Source: Rickettsiales bacterium
GTDB taxonomy: Bacteria > Pseudomonadota > Alphaproteobacteria > Rickettsiales > UBA3002
NCBI GenBank assembly: GCA_037968615.1
Contig: JBBKVX010000061.1
Location: forward strand, 25,126 to 89,125
Reading direction: 5' to 3'
DNA: 64,000 nucleotides
The first letter of the stretch is position 1, and each line of letters opens with the position of its first letter. Both the position numbers and the translations under genes were made by a program. Under the pieces are notes generated by a model. That model was not told where the DNA came from, did no database searches, and saw nothing but the letters and a program-made list of their open reading frames with translations. Shown piece by piece: positions 37,471 to 47,564 of this stretch.

Positions 37471-38858
37471 AGGGCTCCGATGAATGTTTTGAGTGCCTCG
37501 GCGTTGGAGGCGAGGGGGGTGATGCGTTCTGTGCGTTCGAATAGGTCGGCCATGTGCGGGGGCAATGCCGGGTGCATTCCGGTGGCTTTGGTAACCGCTT
37601 CCGGGAACTTGGCGGGGTGCGCGGTGGCCAGCGTCACGATGGCATGGTCGCCCGCGAAATGCTGCGCGGCTTTCACCCCCACGGCGGTGTGCGGGTCAAG
37701 CAGGTATCCGGTGGTCTCAAACGCATGTTTGATGGTGGCGAGCGTCGTCGCGTCATCCACCGCATGGGCGCCGAACAGCGCTTTCAAATTCGCATGCGCG
37801 GCGGGCGGCAGCGTCAGCGTTTTGCTGCTGCGGAACTCAGCCATGCGTTGCGCCAACTGCGCGCCATCGCGACCATAGAGGTCGAACAGCAGCCGCTCGA
37901 AGTTGCTGGAAATTTCGATGTCCATGCTCGGGCTCAGCGACGGCGATACGCCGTTCATGCTGTAGGTGCCGGTTTCCACGCAGCGTGTCAGAATGTCGTT
38001 GCGGTTGGAGGCGATGATGAGTTTCTCGATCGGCAGGCCCATGCTGCGCGCAATGTAGCCCGCATAGATGTCGCCGAAATTGCCAGTCGGTACGCTGAAC
38101 GAAATGCGGCGCGCCGGAGCACCCAACGAAAGCGCCGCGTAAAAGTAGTACACCACCTGCGCCAGCACCCGCGCGAAGTTGATGGAATTGACCGCCAGCA
38201 GGTTAACGCCCGTGCGGTATTCCGCGTCGGAGAACATGGCTTTCACCAGATCCTGGCAATCGTCGAACGTGCCTTTCACGGCCAGCGCATGCACGTTGGC
38301 GTCGGCCACCGTGGTCATCTGCTTGCGCTGCACATCGGAGGTGCGGCCTTCGGGATAGAGGATCACGATGTCGATGCCCTCGCGGCCGCTAAGGCCCGCA
38401 ATGGCGGCGGAGCCTGTGTCGCCCGACGTGGCGCCCAGCACCACCGATTTCTGTTTCTTATCCTTCAGTGCCGCTTCCATTAAATGGCCGAGCAATTGCA
38501 GCGCGAAATCCTTGAACGCCAGCGTCGGGCCGTGGAACAGTTCCAGCACGAAATGATCGCGCTCCAACTGAACCAGTGGCGCAATAGCGGTGTGGCGGAA
38601 ACTGCCATAGGCCGCGTCGATCATGGTTTTCAGTTCTGCCTGCGTGAAGCTGTCGCCCACGAACGGCGCAAGAATTTTCAGCGCCAGTTCCTGATACGAC
38701 AAACCCGCCAGCGCCGCGATGTCGCGCGTCGAGAATTGCGGGATGGATTCGGGCACATACAGTCCGCCATCGGGCGCAAGGCCCGCCAGCATGGCGTCAC
38801 GGAAAGCAATGGCGCTGCCGCCGCCGCGTGTGGAGATGTATTTCATAGGGGTGTTCAC
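37467..38858 (-). CDS. thrC: Threonine synthase
   Basis: 463 aa long-form ThrC. PLP-lysine context HGPTLAFKDFALQ, GATSGDTGSAA. Confidence 0.85.
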   Translation of the reverse strand: MNTPMKYISTRGGGSAIAFRDAMLAGLAPDGGLYVPESIPQFSTRDIAALAGLSYQELALKILAPFVGDSFTQAELKTMIDAAYGSFRHTAIAPLVQLERDHFVLELFHGPTLAFKDFALQLLGHLMEAALKDKKQKSVVLGATSGDTGSAAIAGLSGREGIDIVILYPEGRTSDVQRKQMTTVADANVHALAVKGTFDDCQDLVKAMFSDAEYRTGVNLLAVNSINFARVLAQVVYYFYAALSLGAPARRISFSVPTGNFGDIYAGYIARSMGLPIEKLIIASNRNDILTRCVETGTYSMNGVSPSLSPSMDIEISSNFERLLFDLYGRDGAQLAQRMAEFRSSKTLTLPPAAHANLKALFGAHAVDDATTLATIKHAFETTGYLLDPHTAVGVKAAQHFAGDHAIVTLATAHPAKFPEAVTKATGMHPALPPHMADLFERTERITPLASNAEALKTFIGAL

Positions 38859-38909
38859 TAACGGAGTTGCCCCGCCCGCGCAAGTATCGCCTCCCCCGCC
38901 AAACGCGGC

Positions 38910-40391
38910 TTAGGAAAGGTAGCGGGCCCGCACATGCGCCTGGTAAATGGCCGGGTTCAGGCCTTGCCCGGTCGCCTGGGCGATGAGTTCGGGGGTGGAA
39001 AGCAAGCTGGCATGGCGATGCACATTCACTCGCAACCAATTGACCAACGGGGCAAAATCGCCTTTTCGGATGCTGGCGTCCAGCTCCGGCAGGGCCTTGC
39101 GGGCCGCGTCCATCAGCTGCGCGGCGGTCATCGCGCCGAGCGTGTAGGTGGGGAAATAGCCGAACATGCCCTCCGGCCAGTGAATGTCCTGCAGGCAGCC
39201 ATTTTCATGGTCGGGCGGGGTGATGCCAAGGTAGGTCTGCATTTTCTCGGCCCATGCGCCGGGCAGATCGTCGGGCGTCAGGTCGCCAGTCAGCAGCGCC
39301 TGTTCCAACTCCCAGCGCAAAATTACATGCAACGGGTAGGTCACTTCGTCGGCGTTTACGCGGATAAAGCTGCGCTCCACTTTGGTAAGCGCGCGCTGCA
39401 CGTTCGGCAGTTCCCACGCCGCACCGCTGACGCCGAATTCGGCTTTCAGTTTCGGCAGCAGATATTCGAGGAACGCGGCCGAGCGGCAGAGCTGCATTTC
39501 GATCAGCAGCGATTGGCTTTCATGCATCGCCATGCCGCGCGCATCGCCGATGGGCAGGCCGCGCCATTCGCCGGGCAGGCCCTGCTCGTACAGCGCGTGG
39601 CCGGTTTCGTGCAGCACGCCGTACAGCGCATCGGTGAAGCGGTCTTCTTTGTAACGCGTGGTGATGCGGCAATCGCCGGGCGCGCCGCCGCAGAACGGGT
39701 GCACCGACACATCGATGCGGCCACGCGTGCTGTCGAAGCCGAGCGCCGCCATCATCTGCCGCCCAAGCTGTTCCTGCTGCGCGATGGGCACCGATGCGGT
39801 GAGCGGCAAGGTGGCTTGTTTGCTCTGCGCTTCGATGGCCTCGCCGACAAAATCAGGCAACCAGCGTTTCACATCGGCGAATACCGGCTCGATGTAGGCG
39901 TTGCGCAAACCGGGATCGTAGCTGTCGAGCAGCGCGTCGTAGGGGCTGAGGCCGAGGGCGGCAGCTTTAGCGTCAGCCACCTCGCGCGACAGGGCAATGA
40001 TCTCGCGGAAGATGGGGAGGAAGCTGGCGTAGTCGCTGGTCGCCTTCGCCTCGCGCCATTGATGCTCCGACGTGATGCGCAGTTTGGTGAGCGCCGACAC
40101 CAACGCTTGCGGCACGGCGGTGGCGTGCGCGTAGCGGTGTTTCATTTCGCGCAGGTTCGCGGCGCGCCAACCGTTCGGCTTCTCGCCTTCGGCGTCAGCG
40201 AACAGGGGGCTCAGTGCAGGATCGGTGAGTTTTTCATGCGCCACTTCGGCCAGCGCCGCCAGCTGTTCGCCGCGCGCATCGCCCGCGTTTTCTGGCAGCA
40301 TCGTGGCGGCGTCCCAATGCAAAATACCAGAGGCGCTGTCGAGCGCCGCGATCTGGCGGAAGCGGCCTTCCAGCTGGTCGAGTGCGCTCAT
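38910..40391 (-). CDS. M32 family carboxypeptidase (Taq-type)
   Basis: HETGHALYEQG zinc motif, MHESQSLL, IRVNADEVTYPLH. The start ATG at 40391 overlaps the SURF1 stop (ATGA). Confidence 0.85.
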   Translation of the reverse strand: MSALDQLEGRFRQIAALDSASGILHWDAATMLPENAGDARGEQLAALAEVAHEKLTDPALSPLFADAEGEKPNGWRAANLREMKHRYAHATAVPQALVSALTKLRITSEHQWREAKATSDYASFLPIFREIIALSREVADAKAAALGLSPYDALLDSYDPGLRNAYIEPVFADVKRWLPDFVGEAIEAQSKQATLPLTASVPIAQQEQLGRQMMAALGFDSTRGRIDVSVHPFCGGAPGDCRITTRYKEDRFTDALYGVLHETGHALYEQGLPGEWRGLPIGDARGMAMHESQSLLIEMQLCRSAAFLEYLLPKLKAEFGVSGAAWELPNVQRALTKVERSFIRVNADEVTYPLHVILRWELEQALLTGDLTPDDLPGAWAEKMQTYLGITPPDHENGCLQDIHWPEGMFGYFPTYTLGAMTAAQLMDAARKALPELDASIRKGDFAPLVNWLRVNVHRHASLLSTPELIAQATGQGLNPAIYQAHVRARYLS

Positions 40392-41092
40392 CGGGGTTTC
40401 CGGTGATAGACGATGAAGATGACGAGGATGCCCAGCGCAATGCCGTACCACGTAAGGATGTAGCTCAGATGATCGTTGCGCAGACGGATGGTGCCGTCGG
40501 AGGGTACGGGAAGTGTCGTGGCGTCTTGCGTGCCAACAATGTCGAGCATCGCGGGGATGGTGTTGGGCAGTTGCGCGTACTCGCCCATCGCCACCGCATC
40601 GCGCCCGAACCAGATGTTTTTCTCGGGGCTGTTCTCGGGCGTCAGGCCGTTGCGGTCGTCGCCCACGCGCAGCAGACCGGTAAGCGTGGCGCGGCCTTTC
40701 ACGGCAGTTTCAGGGCGGCTGAGGGGGTTCTTGCTCGCGGCGGGTATCCAGCCGCGATTCACCAGCAGCGTGCGGCCATCGGTGAGGGTCATTGGGGTGA
40801 TGACGAAGTAGCCGAGCTTGCCGTTGAAGAAGCGTGGGCTGACATGGAATTCGCGGTCGCCGGTCCATGTGCCGGTGGCTTGGGCGGGGTAGAAATTCTT
40901 GGCGTCCAGCTCGGCGTCGGTGGTGGGGATTGTCGTCAGCGGTTCGCCGATTTTTGCCGACTCGATCTCGGCGATCAGGCTTTCTTTCCATTGCATGCGC
41001 TGCACCTGCCACGTGCCGAGGCCGACCGTGGTGGCGAGCGCGGCGAGGAAGAAGAACCATGCGACAGGGCGGGGACGAACGAACGTGCTCAT
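40388..41092 (-). CDS. SURF1 family cytochrome oxidase assembly protein
   Basis: TM-LGTWQVQRMQWKESLI motif, C-terminal TM helix, position after ctaE. The start with an AAGGA Shine-Dalgarno sequence is at 41092 (alternative 41119). Confidence 0.8.
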   Translation of the reverse strand: MSTFVRPRPVAWFFFLAALATTVGLGTWQVQRMQWKESLIAEIESAKIGEPLTTIPTTDAELDAKNFYPAQATGTWTGDREFHVSPRFFNGKLGYFVITPMTLTDGRTLLVNRGWIPAASKNPLSRPETAVKGRATLTGLLRVGDDRNGLTPENSPEKNIWFGRDAVAMGEYAQLPNTIPAMLDIVGTQDATTLPVPSDGTIRLRNDHLSYILTWYGIALGILVIFIVYHRKPR

Positions 41093-41242
41093 GCGGATAT
41101 CCTTTGTTTTACCGAGCATTCATAGTGCGATTGCCGCAGCGAGTCGAGGCTGAATAGCCATTAGGTTCAGCGCGAAGGCGACTGCCGTAGCCGGAGCGTT
41201 AGCGAACGAGGGGGGCGGAGCGAGGGTGGCTTGGCCCCACGC

Positions 41243-42055
41243 TTACGAAGTAAGCCAATAGATTCCAGCGAACAGGAACAGCCAGACCACATCCACGAAG
41301 TGCCAGTACCACGCAGCGAACTCGAAACCGAGATGCTGCTCGGAATTCAGCGTGCCGCGATGGGCGCGCACCAGGTTCACAGCAAGGAAGATGGTGCCGA
41401 TGATGACGTGCAGGCCATGGAAGCCGGTGGCGAGGTAGAAGGTGGCGGCGTATTTGCCATCCGCCAAGCCGAAGGCGGCGTGGCTGTACTCGTAGGCCTG
41501 GCACAGGCTGAACAGCACGCCAAGGCACACGGTGATGGTCAGGGCGGTTTTCACGTCCTTCAGGTTGTTCTGTAGCAGCGCGGCATGTGCCCAAGTGACC
41601 GTGGTGCCCGAGAGCAGCAGAATGAGGGTGTTCATGAACGGCAGGTCGAACGCGTCGAAGGTGATGATGCCTTCCGGCGGCCACACGCCTTCCTTGATGG
41701 CCCACACATCGGCCAAGGGCGCATGCGGGAACATGGCCGCGCCGAAATAGGCCCAGAAGAAACCGAAGAAGAACATCACTTCGGATAGGATGAACAACGC
41801 CATGCCGAGGCGCAGGCCTTTTTGTACGGCGGGGGTATGGTCGTGGTGCATGCCTTCGCGGATCGTGTCGCGCCACCAGAAGAAGCAGCAAGTGGCGGTA
41901 GCGGCGAGGCCAGCGAACATCACCACCGGGCCGATGCCCATTTTATGCATCCACATCGCGCTGCCGACCAGCATCGCCATGATGGCGAAGGAAGTGAGCA
42001 GGGGCCACGGGCTCGGATTAACGAGGTGGTAGGGATGGGTTTGTGTGCCGCTCAT
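41243..42055 (-). CDS. ctaE: Cytochrome c oxidase subunit III
   Basis: HPYHLVNPSPWP N-terminus, 7-TM pattern, FYLATGFHGLHVIIG, WYWHFVDVVWLFLF. Confidence 0.9.
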   Translation of the reverse strand: MSGTQTHPYHLVNPSPWPLLTSFAIMAMLVGSAMWMHKMGIGPVVMFAGLAATATCCFFWWRDTIREGMHHDHTPAVQKGLRLGMALFILSEVMFFFGFFWAYFGAAMFPHAPLADVWAIKEGVWPPEGIITFDAFDLPFMNTLILLLSGTTVTWAHAALLQNNLKDVKTALTITVCLGVLFSLCQAYEYSHAAFGLADGKYAATFYLATGFHGLHVIIGTIFLAVNLVRAHRGTLNSEQHLGFEFAAWYWHFVDVVWLFLFAGIYWLTS

Positions 42056-42147
42056 AAATACTCTCTCAGTCGCGTGCTACTTCGTTTTGTTAGCCGAGTC
42101 ATAGCTAAAAAACGCGTAAGATAAAGGGAAAAATACCGTATCCAACG

Positions 42148-42927
42148 CTAGTAGGTGAAGATGAGCGCGCACTGCAGCGAATTGGTCGAGAGCGCATAGG
42201 CGGCGGTGCCGGCCAGCGCCACGGTGGTTGAGGTGCCGGCATTGTGGCATCCCCCCTGATCCTCGCGCACGCGAACGATACCGGTGCCGGGTTTTCCATC
42301 ATCGAGCTTGGTGTCGATGTTCCACGCTTCCTCGGGTTTCAGTGCTGCTCCAAAGGTTTGAGAAGTCGATACGGCGGCGCCATAGAAATAGAACTGCGAG
42401 TAATCGCCCTCAAAAAATACGGTGGTGGAGATCGCGGCGACTCCCTGTGCGTAGACGGTCCAGCCCGCACTGCTGAGTTTACTGCGCGGCACGTTGGTGG
42501 CGATGACGGATTCATAAGCGCTGGCGCCACCTAATCCTGTATAAGCGCCCTCCACTAAGCCTGCGAGGTTCAGCTGCTTCCAGAACTGGTAGTTCTCCGA
42601 CGGGCAAGCGGCACCACCGCACGCAATGTCGGCGATCCCGTTGCCATTGCCATTGCAGGTACCGTTTGCCGCCGCAGTGCCGGTATGGCCGGAGCAATTC
42701 GTATTATCCTTGCCCCAGAAACTCGTGGCGTTTGTCATATCGCCCGGCACGGCAAAATATTTATCACGGAATGCTTGGGTGACGGTGCGGTAGCCAGCAT
42801 ACTCGGTTGATGCACTACGTAGTTCCGCCGCGCGGATCAGCGATTGTCCGGCAAGGATGCCGCCGACCAACAGGCCAAGGATAACCAAGACAATGGAAAG
42901 CTCGACCAGTGAAAAACCGTGTCTCAC
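42148..42927 (-). CDS. Prepilin-type N-terminal cleavage/methylation domain protein (type IV pilin or pseudopilin-like), embedded in the cox operon
   Basis: GTG start with a GAGG Shine-Dalgarno sequence. MRHG|FSLVELSIVLVILGLLVGGIL is a canonical class III signal with Glu5. Starts 3 nt after the ctaG stop. The body is G/A/T-rich with 6 Cys and a NIDTKLDDGKPGTG motif. Confidence 0.75.
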   Translation of the reverse strand: MRHGFSLVELSIVLVILGLLVGGILAGQSLIRAAELRSASTEYAGYRTVTQAFRDKYFAVPGDMTNATSFWGKDNTNCSGHTGTAAANGTCNGNGNGIADIACGGAACPSENYQFWKQLNLAGLVEGAYTGLGGASAYESVIATNVPRSKLSSAGWTVYAQGVAAISTTVFFEGDYSQFYFYGAAVSTSQTFGAALKPEEAWNIDTKLDDGKPGTGIVRVREDQGGCHNAGTSTTVALAGTAAYALSTNSLQCALIFTY

Positions 42928-42930
42928 GTG

Positions 42931-43479
42931 CTACCTCAAATCGTTGCGGCTATCATAACTGAAAAACGTATACGATAAAGTGATGTTTGTTAATCCTTTG
43001 AGGTCTGGGTCGTCGAGAATGGCCGGATCGATGAAAAAGGACACAGGCATCGTCACTTCTTCACCCGGATGCAGCTTTTGTTCTTCGAAGCAGAAACACT
43101 GGATTTTGTTGAAATATTTTCCTGCCAGATTCGGCGTGACGTTGTAGGTGGCGGTGCCGCGCGTTTCCTGTGTGGATTGGTTCACCACTTTGTACGCCAC
43201 CAAGCGGTTCTCGCCGACATGCACGGTCACTTCCGGCTCCAGCGGCGTAAAATTCCACGGCAGGCTCGGGTCGGTGTCGGCATTGAAGCGGATATGTAGC
43301 GTTTCTTTCGACACGCCTGCCGAGAAGTTTGCATCGGCGCGGCGGGTGGTGCCGCCAAACCCGGTCACTTGGCAGAACAGGCGGTATAGCGGCACAGAAG
43401 CATACGCCAGCATAAGCATGCCGACAGCGACAGCGACCAACGTGAGAGCGGTCGTGCGGTGGCGGTTATCAGGCGCCAC
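42931..43479 (-). CDS. ctaG: Cytochrome c oxidase assembly protein CtaG/Cox11
   Basis: TM-anchored. LFCQVTGFGGTT, CFCFEEQ motifs. GTG start. Confidence 0.9.
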   Translation of the reverse strand: MAPDNRHRTTALTLVAVAVGMLMLAYASVPLYRLFCQVTGFGGTTRRADANFSAGVSKETLHIRFNADTDPSLPWNFTPLEPEVTVHVGENRLVAYKVVNQSTQETRGTATYNVTPNLAGKYFNKIQCFCFEEQKLHPGEEVTMPVSFFIDPAILDDPDLKGLTNITLSYTFFSYDSRNDLR

Positions 43480-43588
43480 GGATCTTCAGCATGGTGAGGT
43501 AGTAGAACAAGGCAACCAGCGTCAGCAAAATGCCGAGAAGGAAAAGATTCTTGCCGCGTTGGCGTTTATGGGCGGGGCCGATGGGCAT
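43469..43588 (-). CDS. Small single-TM protein (39 aa) in the cox operon
   Basis: MPIGPAHKRQRGKNLFLLGILLTLVALFYYLTMLKIRGA. Overlaps the ctaG start by 11 nt. The longer 64-aa ORF would overlap the upstream small ORF. Confidence 0.45.
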   Translation of the reverse strand: MPIGPAHKRQRGKNLFLLGILLTLVALFYYLTMLKIRGA

Positions 43589-43589
43589 G

Positions 43590-43745
43590 CTAAAGTGCTT
43601 TCTTGCTGCGCGATAATTCGAGCAATACGAGGATGAAAATAGTGAACAGGCTTCCCAAAACAAAGCTGATGCCCATCAAGTAGATGACGCTCTCGCTGAG
43701 GTTGGAAAGGTCATGCTGCTGCGCAATGGTCAGGGTATTTTCCAT
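43590..43745 (-). CDS. Small single-TM protein (51 aa) in the cox operon (below the ORF-track cutoff)
   Basis: Hand-translated: MENTLTIAQQHDLSNLSESVIYLMGISFVLGSLFTIFILVLLELSRSKKAL. Its stop lies 1 nt before the next start. Sits between ctaB and ctaG. Confidence 0.4.
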   Translation of the reverse strand: MENTLTIAQQHDLSNLSESVIYLMGISFVLGSLFTIFILVLLELSRSKKAL

Positions 43746-43787
43746 GGGGCTCTCATGTGCTGGAGGAGTAGGCAGCCTACTCCGATG

Positions 43788-44684
43788 TTAGAAATTTGCA
43801 ACCAAATGGTCGGCCAGAAGCGCCGCGAACAGCGCGAATAAATAAACAATGGAGTAGCCGAACATGCGCATGGCGAGTTTCGGGTCGTCGCTGCGCAGCA
43901 CGATCACGGCGTGGCGCAGGAAGTTGACGCCCAGAATCACCGCGATGGCGCCATACAGCAGATGGCTGCCCACCAGCAACGGCGCCAACGACGCCGCCAC
44001 CAGCAGCAGGCTGTAGAACAGCATCTGTTTTTTGGTGGCGGGTATGCCGGCGGTCACCGGAAGCATGGGCACGTTGGCTTTTTTGTAATCGTCGTGGCGG
44101 TACACGGCCAGCGCCCAGAAATGCGGCGGCGTCCACAGGAACACGATGGCGAAGAGAATCCATGGCATGGCGGCGACGGGCGAGGGGCTGGCGGCCACCC
44201 AGCCGATGACGGCGGGGAACGCCCCGGCCGCACCACCAATGACGATGTTGTGCGGGGTCCAACGTTTCAGCAGCATCGTGTAGATCACCGCGTAGTAGAA
44301 AATGGCGAAGGCAAGCCATGCCGCGGCCACGGCATTTACGGCCAGCCCCAACAGCGCCACCGAAAGCCCGCTTAGAATAATGCCCATGAACAACGCGTCG
44401 TCGGCGGCGATGCGGCCCGCGGGAATAGGACGGTTGGCGGTGCGTTTCATCACGGCGTCGATGTCGCGGTCGTACCACATATTGATGGCCGCGCCCGCGC
44501 CTGAACCAAGTGCAATGGAGAGAATGGTGAGGAACTGCAGGAACGGGTGCAGATGCCCCGGCGCCATCCACATGCCCACCGCGCCAGTGAACACCACCAG
44601 TGTCATCACGCCCGGTTTCAGCAGCGTGAAATAGTCTTTGATGGAGGCGTCATTCGTCGCCCCGACTGGTGCGGCCAATGCCAT
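43788..44684 (-). CDS. ctaB: Protohaem IX farnesyltransferase (haem O synthase)
   Basis: UbiA-superfamily polytopic protein. YFTLLKPGVMTLVVFT, NMWYDRDIDAVMKRTANRP. Start at 44684, just after the ctaD stop. Confidence 0.85.
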   Translation of the reverse strand: MALAAPVGATNDASIKDYFTLLKPGVMTLVVFTGAVGMWMAPGHLHPFLQFLTILSIALGSGAGAAINMWYDRDIDAVMKRTANRPIPAGRIAADDALFMGIILSGLSVALLGLAVNAVAAAWLAFAIFYYAVIYTMLLKRWTPHNIVIGGAAGAFPAVIGWVAASPSPVAAMPWILFAIVFLWTPPHFWALAVYRHDDYKKANVPMLPVTAGIPATKKQMLFYSLLLVAASLAPLLVGSHLLYGAIAVILGVNFLRHAVIVLRSDDPKLAMRMFGYSIVYLFALFAALLADHLVANF

Positions 44685-44686
44685 GT

Positions 44687-46372
<1,686 letters not shown>

Positions 46373-47386
46373 TTATTGGTTCAGGGCCAGTTGCAGATGG
46401 TCACCCGCGGCGAATTTCTGTTTCGCGCCGGCAACCCAGGTTTCGTACTCTTCTTCCGACACCACTTTTACCATGATCGGCATGTAGCCGTGGAACTTGC
46501 CGCACAGCTCCGAGCATTGGCCGAAAAAGATGCCGGTCTCGGTGGCTTTGAACCATGTTTCGCTCAGTTTGCCGGGAACGGCATCCTGTTTGATGGCGAA
46601 GGCGGGCATGGCCCAGTCATGAATCACATCGGCGGAGGTGAGCTGGATGCGCACGACTTTGTTCACGGGCACCACCACGGCGTTATCGACCATCAGCAAG
46701 CGCGGCTCGCCTTCTTTCAGGTCGGCGTCCTTCACGATGTTGCTGTCGAACTTGATGCCCGAATCCGGGTATTCATACGTCCAGTACCACTGATTGCCGA
46801 CGACTTTCAGCGTCATGTCCGGGTTGTTGATGATGTTTTCGTTGTTGGTGTACTGGAAATGCGCGCGTACCGACGGAATGCCGATGGCCACCAGAATCAC
46901 GATGGGCAGTACCGTCCACAGCACTTCGATGAGCGTGTTATGCGCGAAGCGGTGCGGCACCGGGTTGCGCTTCTCGCGGAAACGTACGCAGGCGTAAAGA
47001 AGCAGCCCTGTCACCACAATGGTGATGATGGTGATGATGATCATCACATAATCATGCAGCCATTCCAGATGCGCCATCACCGGCGAAGCGGCTGGCTGGT
47101 AGTACATTTGCCACGGCTTGGCGTGGCCTTTTACCAGCGCGGGGTCGAACGCAGCGATGGCGTCGGAGGCCAGAATGGCTTCTTCGGCAGGCAGTTCCGC
47201 CTTAGGTGCGGCTTGCGCACCCGGCTCGGTGGTGGCGTTGGCGGCGTCGCTCGCCTCGATCATTTCCGCGCGGGTCACCGCGGGTGTGTTCTGGGCTTCC
47301 TGCGCTGCCGATTGCTGCGGTAAGGCAAGCATCAGGCCCATGAAGCCGGTGAGGATGAGAGAACGGAAAAAGCTGCGCTGTGTCAT
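46373..47386 (-). CDS. ctaC: Cytochrome c oxidase subunit II
   Basis: Signal peptide, two TM helices, CuA site SADVIHDWAMP...GQCSELCGKFHGYMP. Start chosen at 47386 (ORF opens at 47518). Confidence 0.9.
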   Translation of the reverse strand: MTQRSFFRSLILTGFMGLMLALPQQSAAQEAQNTPAVTRAEMIEASDAANATTEPGAQAAPKAELPAEEAILASDAIAAFDPALVKGHAKPWQMYYQPAASPVMAHLEWLHDYVMIIITIITIVVTGLLLYACVRFREKRNPVPHRFAHNTLIEVLWTVLPIVILVAIGIPSVRAHFQYTNNENIINNPDMTLKVVGNQWYWTYEYPDSGIKFDSNIVKDADLKEGEPRLLMVDNAVVVPVNKVVRIQLTSADVIHDWAMPAFAIKQDAVPGKLSETWFKATETGIFFGQCSELCGKFHGYMPIMVKVVSEEEYETWVAGAKQKFAAGDHLQLALNQ

Positions 47387-47462
47387 AAGTCTTTTTATCG
47401 TTGGGTTTTGGTTACGTTGCGGGTAGCCCAACGTGCGCACGGATGCAAGCCGATTTCGAAGA

Positions 47463-47561
47463 AGTCGTGAGTTCTTAGTCATTAGTCGTGAGTTAAAGGT
47501 AGTAGATGGGTCTTCCATACCCTATATTGCTCTAAACTCACGACTAACGACTGACAACTCA
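47463..47561. repeat. Composite direct/inverted repeat in the ctaC-tldD divergent intergenic region
   Basis: AGTCGTGAGTT at 47463-47473 and 47484-47494. The inverted copy AACTCACGACT is at 47535-47545, with a partial AACTCAC at 47555-47561. The 20-nt arms TTAGTCATTAGTCGTGAGTT / AACTCACGACTAACGACTGA have 2 mismatches and are 40 nt apart. Confidence 0.6.
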
Positions 47562-47564
47562 CTT

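Noticed and set aside
47463-47561. Possible CRISPR-like or tandem repeat array.
   Set aside because: There are only two direct and two inverted copies of an 11-mer, with no regular spacer structure and no cas genes. It is reported as an intergenic composite repeat instead.
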